A stretch of 64,000 nucleotides of DNA from an uncultured delta proteobacterium. Its GTDB lineage: Bacteria; Desulfobacterota; Desulfuromonadia; Desulfuromonadales; JACZKF01. The position numbers and the translations under genes were made by a program. The stretch's first letter is position 1. Each line of letters begins with the position of its first letter. This document shows, piece after piece, positions 40,835 to 53,440 of this stretch. The notes under the pieces were generated by a model, which was not told the DNA's origin, made no database searches, and saw nothing but the letters and a program-made list of their open reading frames with translations. The stretch is from positions 96,001 through 160,000 of the forward strand of contig CAWFKQ010000008.1 of NCBI GenBank assembly GCA_963816395.1, written 5' to 3'.

Positions 40835-41743
40835 ATGAATCCGGATTCCAATCCCACGGTATGCCTGGACGGTTCCGCTGTCCGCCGCATACGTGAAGAA
40901 AAAAAGCTGACCCAGCTGTACGTCGCCAAGGTTATCGGTGTCACCACCGATACCGTCTCCCGCTGGGAAAACAATCGCTATCCCACCATCAAGCGGGATA
41001 ACGCCGTGCGCTTGACGGAGGCCCTGGAGGTACCGCTCGAGGAGATTCTGCAGAAACCGCAGGAAGAATCGCCCGCCCAGTCGGTCGCCGCGGGTAAACC
41101 GCGGATGACCCGGTTCCTGATCCTGGCCGCCATCCCGATTCTGGCTGCCGTCGGCATCTTTCTTTATCGAAGCGGGAACAATCCACCGGTGAGAATTCGG
41201 GCCGAGCGAGTGCTCCCCTCCTATGTCGCCCCGGGCAACATCCTGCCGGTAAGGGTTCGTCTCGAAGCCGCGGGCGGCATGAAGGGCTATATCCTCCGCG
41301 AGCACTTCCCGGCCGGCTGGAAGTTGATCGAGGCCAACCCCCCGGCCTCCAGCCTCGACAATGAGGAAGGCACCGCCCGCTGGATCGTCAAACCTGGCGA
41401 ATCCCGCCAGGTCATCTCCTACCTGATCCGGGTCTCAACGGAGGCAGGAATGGGGAAAGAGGGGCTATTCCAGGGTGATGTTATCGCCAACCCGGACGGC
41501 CACAACAGCCCTGCCCCGGTGGCCGGCGCTACCAGGGTGGAAGTGGCTCCTTATCTGTGGGCCGACCTTAACGGCGACGGCATCATCGATGATGGAGAGA
41601 TGTTGAAGGCCTCCGACACTTTCGACGAAATGAAGGGGGTGCATCTCGACTGGAAGCAGTTGGAAGCCATCTGGGATGCCGGCAGTTACCGCTGGAAGGA
41701 GCATGAACAGCGTTTCTCTCCCCTTCATACGACAGCGCCATAG
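40835..41743 (+). CDS. Membrane-anchored XRE-family HTH protein with an extracytoplasmic domain and an EF-hand/dockerin-like loop
   Basis: RIREEKKLTQLYVAKVIGVTTDTVSRWENNR, TM FLILAAIPILAAVGIFLY, and DLNGDGIIDDGE. Confidence 0.8.
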   Translation: MNPDSNPTVCLDGSAVRRIREEKKLTQLYVAKVIGVTTDTVSRWENNRYPTIKRDNAVRLTEALEVPLEEILQKPQEESPAQSVAAGKPRMTRFLILAAIPILAAVGIFLYRSGNNPPVRIRAERVLPSYVAPGNILPVRVRLEAAGGMKGYILREHFPAGWKLIEANPPASSLDNEEGTARWIVKPGESRQVISYLIRVSTEAGMGKEGLFQGDVIANPDGHNSPAPVAGATRVEVAPYLWADLNGDGIIDDGEMLKASDTFDEMKGVHLDWKQLEAIWDAGSYRWKEHEQRFSPLHTTAP

Positions 41744-41950
41744 GACCCACCCAGCCGCTCGCTCCGGTTCTGTTTTGCCTCCTGTTCAATCCCCAGGCAA
41801 TCCCATAAAGAAACAATGTTTAATTATTTGTTTCCCAGATCCCGCAGGGCGGCGGATTTCTGTATGCTGTATACAAAAAAATGGTTGAAAAAGGGGAATT
41901 CTCCTGCTATTCTCTTGCCGGTTAAATTACTCTTAGAAGGGATGGTGGCT

Positions 41951-42634
41951 ATGCATTGGTACACGTCTTCACTCGGTAAGAAGTTCATCATGGCGGTAAC
42001 AGGGCTAATCATGGTGCTCTTCGTCATCGCCCACATGGGCGGTAATTTCACCATCTTCGCCGGCGGCGGGAGCCTCAATGCCTATGCGGTCCATCTGCGG
42101 GCGATTCCGCCGCTGCTGTGGATCTTCAGGGCGGTGATGTTGATTGCCGTCCTGGTGCACATCTGGTTCGGGATCAATCTCTACTTGGAGAACAAGTCGG
42201 CCCGGCCGGTCGAGTACGCCATGAAGAAGAATGAGCGTACCTCCTTCTCCGCCCGGACGATGCTCTGGACCGGTCTGCTGCTGGGTGTCTTCATCATCTA
42301 CCACCTGCTGCAGTTTACGGCGCATGTGGCAATCAGCCCGGAAGTCGCCGCCGGAGTCGGGTCCAACTTCGATGTCCAGCACCGGCCCGATGTCTTCAAG
42401 ATGGTAGTGCTCTCCTTCCAGCAGGTCGGTGTCGCCATCGGCTATGTGGCCGCCATGATTGTCCTGCTTCTCCATCTGGCGCATGGCATCCAGAGCTTTT
42501 TCCAGTCGCTGGGGGCGAATAACGATCAGACCCTGCCGGTTCTTGAAAAATGGGGGCGGGGCCTGGCCTTTCTGCTCATGCTCGGGTTCGCTCTGGTGCC
42601 CATTACCATTCTCTTCGGCGTGATTAAACTCTAG
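41951..42634 (+). CDS. sdhC: Succinate dehydrogenase/fumarate reductase cytochrome b subunit
   Basis: [40 protein letters not shown]. Confidence 0.92.
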   Translation: MHWYTSSLGKKFIMAVTGLIMVLFVIAHMGGNFTIFAGGGSLNAYAVHLRAIPPLLWIFRAVMLIAVLVHIWFGINLYLENKSARPVEYAMKKNERTSFSARTMLWTGLLLGVFIIYHLLQFTAHVAISPEVAAGVGSNFDVQHRPDVFKMVVLSFQQVGVAIGYVAAMIVLLLHLAHGIQSFFQSLGANNDQTLPVLEKWGRGLAFLLMLGFALVPITILFGVIKL

Positions 42635-42648
42635 TAGGGGGTACGACT

Positions 42649-44564
<1,916 letters not shown>

Positions 44565-44565
<1 letters not shown>

Positions 44566-45335
44566 TGAACCTTACACTTTACGTTTGGCGGCAGAAATCC
44601 CAGAAGGACAAGGGGAAACTGGAGCGCTTCGAGGCGAATGATATGAGCCCCGACATGTCCTTTCTCGAGATGCTCGATGTGGTGAACGAAGATCTCATCA
44701 AAAAAGGGCAGCAACCGATTGTTTTCGACCATGACTGCCGTGAGGGGATCTGCGGTATGTGTTCGCAGATGATCAATGGCATCGCGCATGGCCCCGAAGA
44801 GGAGATCACCGTCTGCCAGCTGCACATGCGCCGGTTCAAGGATGGAGATACCATCTATATCGAGCCGTGGCGGGCCAAGGCATTTCCCCTGATCAAGGAC
44901 CTGATGGTTGATCGCAGCGCCTTGGATCGCATCATCGAGGCCTACGGTTATACCTCCGTCCACACCGGCGGCGTGCCTGACGGCAATGCGCTGCCGGTGC
45001 CGAAACCGGCTGCCGACATGGCGATGGACGCCGCCGCCTGCATCGGCTGCGGCGCCTGCGTCGCCGCCTGCCCGAATGCCTCGGCCATGCTTTTCACCTC
45101 GGCCAAGGTCTCCCACCTGGGCGTCCTGCCGCAGGGAGAGGTGGAGGCGGCCCGGCGGGTAAGGGCCATGGTCGCCCAGATGGACCAGGAAGGATTCGGC
45201 AACTGCACCAACCATTACGAATGCGAAGCTGCCTGCCCGAAAGGGATCAAGGTTACGTTCATCGCCCGGATGAACCGGGAATTGATGAAAACCCTCCCCA
45301 CGGGAGGTCAGAAAGCGGCCGGCGGCGGATTCTGA
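44565..45335 (+). CDS. sdhB: Succinate dehydrogenase/fumarate reductase iron-sulfur subunit
   Basis: [34 protein letters not shown]. Confidence 0.96.
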
Positions 45336-45360
45336 TTCCCCACCGGCAGAGAAAGCAGCG

Positions 45361-45392
45361 ACGGGCGCTCCAAAAGGGGCGCCCGTTCGTTT
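45361..45392 (+). terminator. Rho-independent terminator after sdhB
   Basis: ACGGGCGCTCC-AAAA-GGGGCGCCCGT followed by TCGTTT. Confidence 0.6.
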
Positions 45393-45506
45393 AATTGATA
45401 GTTGGGCCAAGATTCAGGCCGGAGGGCGGAGGAAAAATTCTTTGACATCAACTCGTCTGTTTCATTAGGATAGGTGGAATTTTACTCGGGCATTTCGGAA
45501 GGCGGC

Positions 45507-46475
45507 ATGGATAAAGCTCTGGCATTACTAAAAGACGATCTGCTCAAGGTCGAGGCCCAGTTCAAGAAGGACTTGGCTTCTGACGTCGCTCTCATCGGCC
45601 AGGTCGGTGAATACGTGCTCGCGAGCGGCGGCAAGCGTCTGCGGCCAATGCTGGTGCTTCTCTGCGCCCGTCTGGCAGGCTACTCCGGCGAAATGCATAT
45701 CGGTCTGGCCAGCGTAGTCGAATTCATCCATACGGCGACCCTGCTGCATGATGACGTAGTCGACAGTGCCGTTCTGCGGCGGGGAAATGCCTCGGCCAAT
45801 ACCGTCTGGGGCAATGAGGCCTCGGTCCTGGTTGGCGATTACCTCTTCGCCAAATCCTTCTCCATCATGGTCGGCGGCGGCAACCTGAAGATTCTCAAGG
45901 CTCTCTCTGATGCCACCACCCGGATGGCGGAAGGGGAGGTGCAGCAATTGATCAATACCTGCGATCTCGGACTCGCTGAAGAATCCTACATGACCGTCGT
46001 CCGTAATAAGACGGCCGTGCTGATCGCCGCCGCCTGCCAGTGCGGCGGCATCCTGGGGACCGTTTCGGCAGAGCAGGAGCGGGCGCTGAACGAATTCGGC
46101 ATGGACCTCGGAATAGCCTTCCAGTTCATGGACGATACCCTGGATTATGTGGCTGAGGAGTCGGAGTTCGGCAAGGCAAAAGGACATGACCTGGCAGAAG
46201 GAAAGGTAACTCTGCCGCTGATCCATGCCCTGCAGAAATGTTCCGAGTCGGAGCGGCGGCGGGTCGAGAAAATCGTCGAGCAGGAGGATCTCGGGGATGA
46301 GGAACTGGGATTTGTGCTCTCCCTCATCAACCGCTGCGACGGCATCGGCTATACCCGCCGGCGGGCGCTCCAGATCGTGGAAGGAGCTAAGGAAAAACTC
46401 GTCCTGTTTCCAGAGGGAGACGAGAAGGCCGCTCTTTGTGAACTGGCCGATTATGTGGTGGAACGTCGGAAATAG
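45507..46475 (+). CDS. ispB: Long-chain polyprenyl diphosphate synthase (IspB/HepT-like)
   Basis: GGKRLRP, TATLLHDDVVD, AFQFMDDTLDY, DLAEGKVTLP; upstream TTGACA-18-TAGGAT at 45442-45471. Confidence 0.9.
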   Translation: MDKALALLKDDLLKVEAQFKKDLASDVALIGQVGEYVLASGGKRLRPMLVLLCARLAGYSGEMHIGLASVVEFIHTATLLHDDVVDSAVLRRGNASANTVWGNEASVLVGDYLFAKSFSIMVGGGNLKILKALSDATTRMAEGEVQQLINTCDLGLAEESYMTVVRNKTAVLIAAACQCGGILGTVSAEQERALNEFGMDLGIAFQFMDDTLDYVAEESEFGKAKGHDLAEGKVTLPLIHALQKCSESERRRVEKIVEQEDLGDEELGFVLSLINRCDGIGYTRRRALQIVEGAKEKLVLFPEGDEKAALCELADYVVERRK

Positions 46476-46642
46476 ACGGTCCTTTGCCCGCTATTTGACT
46501 TGATGGCCTTCGCGAGGTATCTCCGCGGAGGCCTTTTTACATGCCCTGCACCTCGACATCGGTTTGGCCCGGATATTGCTGCCTGCACAATTGGAAGTTC
46601 TGTAGGTAAAGAATTTTGCGCCGTCAACTCTTCGGGCTGAGA

Positions 46643-46885
46643 ATGGACAAGGGAATCGTCGTTCACCGAGGTATTCTGCATATCTCCGGCAAAAATTACG
46701 AAATAGTCGTATACAGCCGGGATGGCCGGCATTTCGCGCAGACGGTTTTTTCCCCGGAAGATGTCATCATCAGCGATGGCTGCACCAAGGATGAAGCCCT
46801 CGCCAAGCACCAGCGCCTGCTGCCCCTGGCGATCAACTCTCGACAGATCCTGCGCGAATTTCAGCGACAGGATTCCCCCTTCTGA
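46643..46885 (+). CDS. Hypothetical protein (80 aa)
   Basis: Clean ORF with protein-like composition: MDKGIVVHRG...LPLAINSRQILREF. Confidence 0.55.
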   Translation: MDKGIVVHRGILHISGKNYEIVVYSRDGRHFAQTVFSPEDVIISDGCTKDEALAKHQRLLPLAINSRQILREFQRQDSPF

Positions 46886-46945
46886 CTGCTCTCGCCCGGA
46901 TTATCGGGGTTCCCGTCAGCAGCGCCTTCCTGCTATAATCGCCGC

Positions 46946-49485
46946 ATGTTGCGCCTGAACCTCCACCAGAAGGTCCTTTTTGCTTTCTGCGCACTCTCGC
47001 TGATCCCCCTCGTTCTTCTCGCGGTCAAATCCAGCCGCAGCCTGCAGGCGGTGGAAGGTCTGCTGCAGCGATAGCGCTACGGCGGCTCTCGATTCCCAGG
47101 TCGCCAGCGGCCCTGGAATTGCGGGCCACCATGGTTGCCGGTGAGGTCAGCGATTGTCTGCGGTCGGTGGAGGGAGATCTGCAGGATCTCGCCCTGCTCA
47201 CCGCCGATCGCCTGCGAATTATCTGCGCTTCAGCCGCCATCACCGGCGGCAGATCTGGTATCGTGCCGGCACCAACCTGAAGCCGGTGGAGAAACGGGAA
47301 GAAATTCCGCTGTACAGCGAACTTGCCTTTATCGGCCCGGACGGACAGGAACGCCTGCGCATCGTCGGGGATCGGGTGGATAAGCGGCTGCGCAACGTCG
47401 CCGATCCGGCCAATACCACCTATCTTTCGGAGACCTATTTCCGCGAAGCTCGCGACCTTCCGCCGGGGAAGATCTACGTGTCGCATCTGACCGGCTGGCA
47501 TGTCGGCCGTGAGGAACAGTTGCGCGGGGCGCCCACCCCGGAAGCGGCGGTGGAAGGCGCCCGCTACCAGGGAGTGATCCGCTTCGCCGCTCCGGTGCAC
47601 GATGCCGCCGGCCGTCTGCAGGGGGTGGTCGTCCTTTCCCTCGATCACCGCCACCTGATGGAGTTCACCCAGCACATCACTCCCACCGCCGACCGGTACG
47701 TGGTTTTTCCCTCCTACGACAGCGGCAATTATGCCTTCATGTTCGATGACGAGGGGTGGATCATCACCCATCCCAAGTACTGGGATATCCGCGGGCTGGA
47801 CCGGCAGGGCAGGCTGGTGCCCCCCTATACCGCAGATTCTTCGCCGGAGGCGGTGGAAAAGGGGATCATCCCTTACAACCTGGAGTCACGCCGGCTTCAT
47901 CCATCCGAATTACCCGGTGGTCGCCAACGGCGGTGCTGGCGGGCCGCTCCGGGGTGGTCGATGTCACCAATGTCGGCGGCTCGCGAAAAGATCATGGCCT
48001 ATGCGCCGATCTTCTATCGGCGGCGGCTCCTACCGGCAGAAGCGGCATCTTCGGCGGCATCACCATCGGTGCGGAAATGGCCAATTTCCATCAGCCGGCC
48101 CAGCAGGCCTCGGCCCTGATCCGCCGGGAATTCACCCGCTTCGTCAGCCAGAGCTGGTTGCTGATTTCCCTGACCGGGCTGCTGGTCTTCTTCGCCGCCT
48201 ACCAGCTGGCCAAGGGAATTACCGATCCGCTGCTGCAGCTGATCGCCGGCACCAAGGAGATGGCCCGCGGCAATCTGGGGGCCGAATTGGCCGTCACCTC
48301 GAAGGATGAGGTCGGGGAGCTGACCGACTCTTTCAACGCCATGGCCCGCGAGCTCAGCGATCGACGACAGCGGCTGCTGCGGAGCCTGGAGGCGCTGCGC
48401 CGCTCGCGCAAGGAGATCCTGCGGGAGCGCAACTTCAAGGAAACGGTTTTTGAAAACATCGAAACCGGCATCCTGACCCTGGACGCCGGCAGCCAGGTGA
48501 CCTCGGTCAACGGTCCGGCCCGGCGGATTCTGGACCTGGCCGCGCCCGCTGGCGGGAAGGAGCCGCTGACGCAGCTGCTGGCCGCCTGGCCGGAGATCGT
48601 GCAGGCCCTGGCAGAGGCCGCCAAGGAAAAGGCGAAAAGCGGCGGTGGAGCCGTTACGTCAACGCCGAACGCGGCGGCAAGATTCTCACCTTCCGTCTGG
48701 CGCTCCTGCCCCTGGCTGCCGGTGAAAGGGGGCGGCGGATCCTGGCGGTGGAGGATCTGACCGAGCGGGTCAGCCTGCGCCAGCAGATGGCGCGCATGGA
48801 ACGGCTGGCGTCCCTCGGCCGCCTCTCGGCGGGGATTGCCCACGAGGTGCGCAATCCACTCACCGGGGTGAGCCTGCTGCTGGATGAACTCCACGACCGG
48901 TTGCTGGCCAATCCCGGGGACCAGGCCCTGATCCGGCGGGCTCTGCGAGGAAATTGAACGGCTGGAAGGATCTGGTCAATGAACTCCTCGATTTCGCCTC
49001 TCTTCCCCGGGCGCCGATGCAACCCGGAGATCTGGGGATGGTGCTGCGCGATTCCCTGTTTCTGGTGAAAAAACAGGCCGAGCGCTCCGGCGTCGAGCTG
49101 GTTAGCCGAACTGCCGCCGGCCTTCCCGGCGATTCCCCTCGACGGCGACCGGCTGAAACAGGCTTTTCTCAACCTGCTCACCAATGCCCTGGAGGCGATG
49201 CCGAACGGCGGTGCCCTGACCGTTGCCGCCGCCGGCACGGCCGAGGAAGATTCGCCTCTCCTTCCGGGACACCGGGGAAGGGATCCCGGCCGAACGCCTG
49301 CCGCTCATCTTCGAGCCGTTCTATACCAGCAAGCGGGGGGGACAGGGCTTGGGCTGTCGATAACCCATAACATCATCTCCGAACACGGCGGTCGCATCGA
49401 GGTGGAGAGCCCCCCGGGGGAAGGAACGGTATTTACCCTGCGTTTTCCCCTGGATGCGGTGCCGCCCGGCATTCGTCCGTCTTGA
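46946..49485 (+). CDS. Sensor histidine kinase (periplasmic Cache-like, HAMP, PAS, HisKA, HATPase); many frameshifts
   Basis: N-terminal [20 protein letters not shown]-box [36 protein letters not shown]. Confidence 0.88.
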
Positions 49486-49593
49486 GCCGAGCCGCAGCCG
49501 GCGAGTGGCGGAAATCCACCATTTCGCGATTGTCTTTCCCGCCCTTGAGACCTATACTGCCGTATCAGTTTCTCAATTTCCCCGGGAGGCGGC

Positions 49594-50976
49594 ATGGAAA
49601 AGATCCTGATCGTCGATGACGAGGCTTTCATTCGCGAGAACCTCGAACGCATCCTGGCCGAGGACGGCTATCGCCTCATTTCCACCGACAGCGGTGATGA
49701 GGCCGTCCGCCTGGTCGGCGAGGAGGAGATCGATATGGTGCTGCTCGATCTCAATCTCGGCGCTCGCAGCGGTCTCGATGTTCTGCGTTCCCTGCGGGAA
49801 ATCGATCCCGAACTGCTGGTTATCATCATTACCGGTTACGGAACGGTGGAAAGTGCCGTCGAGGCGTTGAAGATGGGGGCCTACGACTACATCAAGAAGC
49901 CGTTCAAGGCCGACGCCATCCACCTGATCGTCCGCCTGGCGCTGGAGACCCAGAGTCTGCGGCGGGAGGTGCGGCACCTGCGCCGGGAAGGGAAGGAAGG
50001 GCTCGGTGCCGCCGACATGGTCGGCTCCAGCCCGCAGCTGCTGCAGGTCTTCCGGCAGATCCGCGAGGTGGCGAAGCACGAAACGGCCACGGTTCTGATC
50101 ACCGGCGAGAGCGGCACCGGCAAGGAACTGGTCGCCCGCGGCATTCATAACCTTTCCCCGCGCAAGGACCGCCCCTTCGTCGAGATCAACTGTGGCTCCC
50201 TCCCCTTCAACCTGTTGGAAACGGAGCTTTTCGGCCATGAGCGGGGCGCTTTTACCGATGCCAAAACGCGCAAGATCGGCCTGCTGGAGGAAGCCAACGG
50301 CGGGACCATTTTCCTCGACGAGATCGGGGAGATGGACCTGAATCTGCAGGTCAAGCTGCTGCGGGTGCTGGAAGATCGCAAGATCCGCCGCCTCGGCGGC
50401 AACCGCAACATCGACATCGACGTGCGGGTGGTTTCCGCCACCAACCGCAACCTCAAGGAGGCGATCGAGGAGAAGGCCTTTCGCGAGGACCTCTATTATC
50501 GCCTGAACGTCTTTCCCATTCACATCCCGCCCCTGCGCGAACGCCGGGAGGATATCCCCCACCTGCTGCAGCACTTCCTCAAGCGCTTCAGCCGGGAGTT
50601 CAACAAGCGCATCCGGGAGATCTCCCGCGAGGCCCTCGATCTGCTCATGCGTTACCACTGGCCGGGAAACGTGCGCGAGCTGCGCAATGTGGTGGAGCGC
50701 ATCTGCATCATGCATAATACCGAGATCATCCGGCCGGAGCATCTGCCCCGGGAAATCTGGGGGGAAGAGCCCCGTCGCGAGGTCCCCTTCTCTTTCGAGA
50801 TCCCGCCGGAGGGCATTCTGCTCGAGGAGATGGTCGAGCAGATCGAAAAGGAACTGATCGGCCAGGCGGTTGCCATCGCCGGCGGCAACGTCGCGAAAAC
50901 CGCCCGGCTGCTCAACGTCCCCCGCGGGACCCTGCGCTACAAACTGGAAAAATATGGCATCGAGGGTGATTATTAG
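49594..50976 (+). CDS. Sigma-54-dependent response regulator (NtrC family)
   Basis: Receiver domain, GESGTGKE, GAFTDA, FLDEIGE, WPGNVREL, Fis-type HTH. Confidence 0.95.
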   Translation: MEKILIVDDEAFIRENLERILAEDGYRLISTDSGDEAVRLVGEEEIDMVLLDLNLGARSGLDVLRSLREIDPELLVIIITGYGTVESAVEALKMGAYDYIKKPFKADAIHLIVRLALETQSLRREVRHLRREGKEGLGAADMVGSSPQLLQVFRQIREVAKHETATVLITGESGTGKELVARGIHNLSPRKDRPFVEINCGSLPFNLLETELFGHERGAFTDAKTRKIGLLEEANGGTIFLDEIGEMDLNLQVKLLRVLEDRKIRRLGGNRNIDIDVRVVSATNRNLKEAIEEKAFREDLYYRLNVFPIHIPPLRERREDIPHLLQHFLKRFSREFNKRIREISREALDLLMRYHWPGNVRELRNVVERICIMHNTEIIRPEHLPREIWGEEPRREVPFSFEIPPEGILLEEMVEQIEKELIGQAVAIAGGNVAKTARLLNVPRGTLRYKLEKYGIEGDY

Positions 50977-51314
50977 CCATTCCCCGGGCTACCGTAGCCG
51001 ACAGTTCCATGCTCTTCGCCCCTGATCATCCGCCCTGCTTGCCGGGGCGGTTTGTTGTTCGGATTCCTTCCTTCCCTCCACAAAATACCCTTCTTTCCCC
51101 TGGTATAGACGCCCGCCAGAACCACCGATCCGTGAATGGAAGGGGCCGGGCGCCAACCGGACTCGCCTTGGATTCTGGGAAAAGGCTGATTTTCGCCTTT
51201 TTGGTAAATCTCCCGCCACCGGTCTGGGCCGCCGGGGGCATAATCAATTTGAGAAAAGGTTCTATCTGGTTGAATACAGGAGACCTGGAGAAGAACCGCC
51301 GAGCGGCAAGGAGT

Positions 51315-51329
51315 TGGCACCGGAGTTGC
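51315..51329 (+). promoter_or_regulatory. Sigma-54 (-24/-12) promoter of the DASS transporter
   Basis: TGGCAC-CGGAG-TTGC, an exact consensus match. Confidence 0.85.
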
Positions 51330-51390
51330 GATAATAAAAAGGCGTGTTGCCCTGGAATGGAAAAACCGCCTTTTTTTCGCGAGGAGAGAA

Positions 51391-53130
51391 ATGATCAGCA
51401 CCGTCTGGAATCGTTTGTGGCAGATGCATGATGAAGCCCGAGGGCTTCTTCTTCCCAGCCCCCGTGCACTGTTGCGCAGTCTGCAGAAGAACCTGCAGTT
51501 CAGCAGCAACCGGCGGGAGCAGGAGATCGACCTGGCCGACGAGATGGAAGATGCGCCGGCCGAACATGCGCGCCGGGTGGTCACCGGTCCCCAGGGGATC
51601 CAGGAGGGCGAACCGAGGGAGTACACGGTACGCCAGAAGGTCGGGCTTGCCCTTGGACCGGTCCTGTTTCTGCTCATGCTGCTCCTTCCCACCCCCGCCG
51701 GCATGTCGCCGCCGGCCCAGAAGATGGCGGCGGTCGCCCTTTTGATGGCGACCTGGTGGATGTGCGAATCGATTCCCATCCCGGCCACCAGCCTGCTGCC
51801 GATCCCGCTCTTTCCCTTTCTCGGGGTCATGGACACGAAAAAGGCGACGGCTCCTTACGCCAGTCACCTCATCTTCCTCTTCATGGGGGGATTCCTCATC
51901 GCCCTGGCCATGCAGCGCTGGAACCTGCACCGGCGCATCGCCATGAACATCGTCAGGGCGGTCGGCTTCTCCCCCGGTCGTCTCATCTTCGGTTTCATGG
52001 TGGCCACCGCCGCCCTCTCCGCCTTCGTCTCCAATACGGCCACGGCGGTGATGATGATGCCGATCGGCCTGGCCCTCATCACCCACGTGGTGGAAGAAGG
52101 GAAGAAGGAAGGCCTCGACCAGGAAATCGATTTCTCCCCCGAAAAATTCGCCTTCGGCCTCAACCTGATGCTGGGGATCGCCTACGCCGCCTCCATCGGC
52201 GGCATTGCCACCCTCATCGGCACGCCGCCCAATACGGTGCTCGCCGGCTATCTGCAGAAGACCTACGGGTACGAAATCACCTTCTCCCGCTGGCTGCTGG
52301 TCGGGTTGCCGCTGGTGCTGATCCTGCTCCCGCTGTGCTGGCTGTGGCTGGTCAAGTTCGCCAATCCCATGCAGCTGAAGAAGGTGCCCGGCGGCCGCCA
52401 GCTGATCAATGACGAACTGCGCCAGATGGGGCGGATGAGCACCGGCGAGCGCTGGACCTCCCTGATCTTCGTGCTTACCGCCCTGGCCTGGATCTTCCGC
52501 CAGCAGCTCGGCTTTCTCTTTCCCGACCCCAAACTGGTCACCGATGCGGCCATCGGCATGGCCGGCGGCCTGCTGCTCTTTCTCATCCCCGTCAACCTGC
52601 GTCGCAACCAGTTCGTGCTCGACTGGCATTGGGCGGCGAAGATGCCCTGGGGGGTCCTCATCCTGTTCGGCGGCGGTCTCTGCCTGGCCGACGGCTTCAA
52701 GGCCACAGGCCTCACCGACTGGATCGCCAGCCAGGTCAACCTCCTCGCCCAGGCTCCCGTCCTGGTGCTGGTGGTCGCCGTGACCACCCTGATCATCTTC
52801 CTCACCGAACTGACCTCCAACACCGCGACCGCCGCCATGATCATGCCGGTGCTGTCGGCGGTGGCGGTCGGCCTGGGGCAGAATCCGCTGCTGCTGGTGA
52901 TTCCGGCCGCCATCGCCGCCTCCTGCGCTTTCATGCTGCCGGTGGCCACGCCGCCTAACGCCATCGTCTTCGGCTCCGGCTATGTGACCATCCCGCAGAT
53001 GGCCAAGAGCGGCTTCGGCCTGAACATCATCGGCATCGTCCTGGTGACCGCCCTGACCTATGTCGTGGCGGTGCCGGTGTTCGGGGTGGTGCTCAACGAA
53101 CTCCCCGCCTGGGTGCCCCTGGTCAAATAG
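51391..53130 (+). CDS. SLC13/DASS sodium:dicarboxylate symporter (SdcS-like)
   Basis: WNLHRRIA, SNTATAVMMMPI, GTPPN, TSNTAT, AFMLPVATPPNAIVFG. Confidence 0.93.
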   Translation: MISTVWNRLWQMHDEARGLLLPSPRALLRSLQKNLQFSSNRREQEIDLADEMEDAPAEHARRVVTGPQGIQEGEPREYTVRQKVGLALGPVLFLLMLLLPTPAGMSPPAQKMAAVALLMATWWMCESIPIPATSLLPIPLFPFLGVMDTKKATAPYASHLIFLFMGGFLIALAMQRWNLHRRIAMNIVRAVGFSPGRLIFGFMVATAALSAFVSNTATAVMMMPIGLALITHVVEEGKKEGLDQEIDFSPEKFAFGLNLMLGIAYAASIGGIATLIGTPPNTVLAGYLQKTYGYEITFSRWLLVGLPLVLILLPLCWLWLVKFANPMQLKKVPGGRQLINDELRQMGRMSTGERWTSLIFVLTALAWIFRQQLGFLFPDPKLVTDAAIGMAGGLLLFLIPVNLRRNQFVLDWHWAAKMPWGVLILFGGGLCLADGFKATGLTDWIASQVNLLAQAPVLVLVVAVTTLIIFLTELTSNTATAAMIMPVLSAVAVGLGQNPLLLVIPAAIAASCAFMLPVATPPNAIVFGSGYVTIPQMAKSGFGLNIIGIVLVTALTYVVAVPVFGVVLNELPAWVPLVK

Positions 53131-53167
53131 CAGCAGCGGCCGGATCCGCTGCCTTTCCGCGCCGTCA

Positions 53168-53207
53168 AGCCCCGTTCCGAACTCCTCCGGAACGGGGCTG
53201 TTTTTTT
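53168..53207 (+). terminator. Rho-independent terminator after the DASS gene
   Basis: AGCCCCGTTCCG-loop-CGGAACGGGGCT followed by GTTTTTTT. Confidence 0.75.
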
Positions 53208-53440
53208 GTGTGAAGGTAGTTTTGCCTGGGGCTTGAGTGCCGGCAAAGGTTTTCTTTTCCTTTTCCTTGTCCTATCCTGCCCTCTCGGTTATCTTAAGCC
53301 AGTCTTTTTTCTCTTAATACCGGAGGTTTCGACAATGGCACCGGGGAGGGTAAGCCCTCAGAAATACTAGCCTCCTCGCGTCGATGCCCGGAGTGTCTGT
53401 CACCGCTTCAATAATAATGATCTGAGAGGGAATTTTACAG

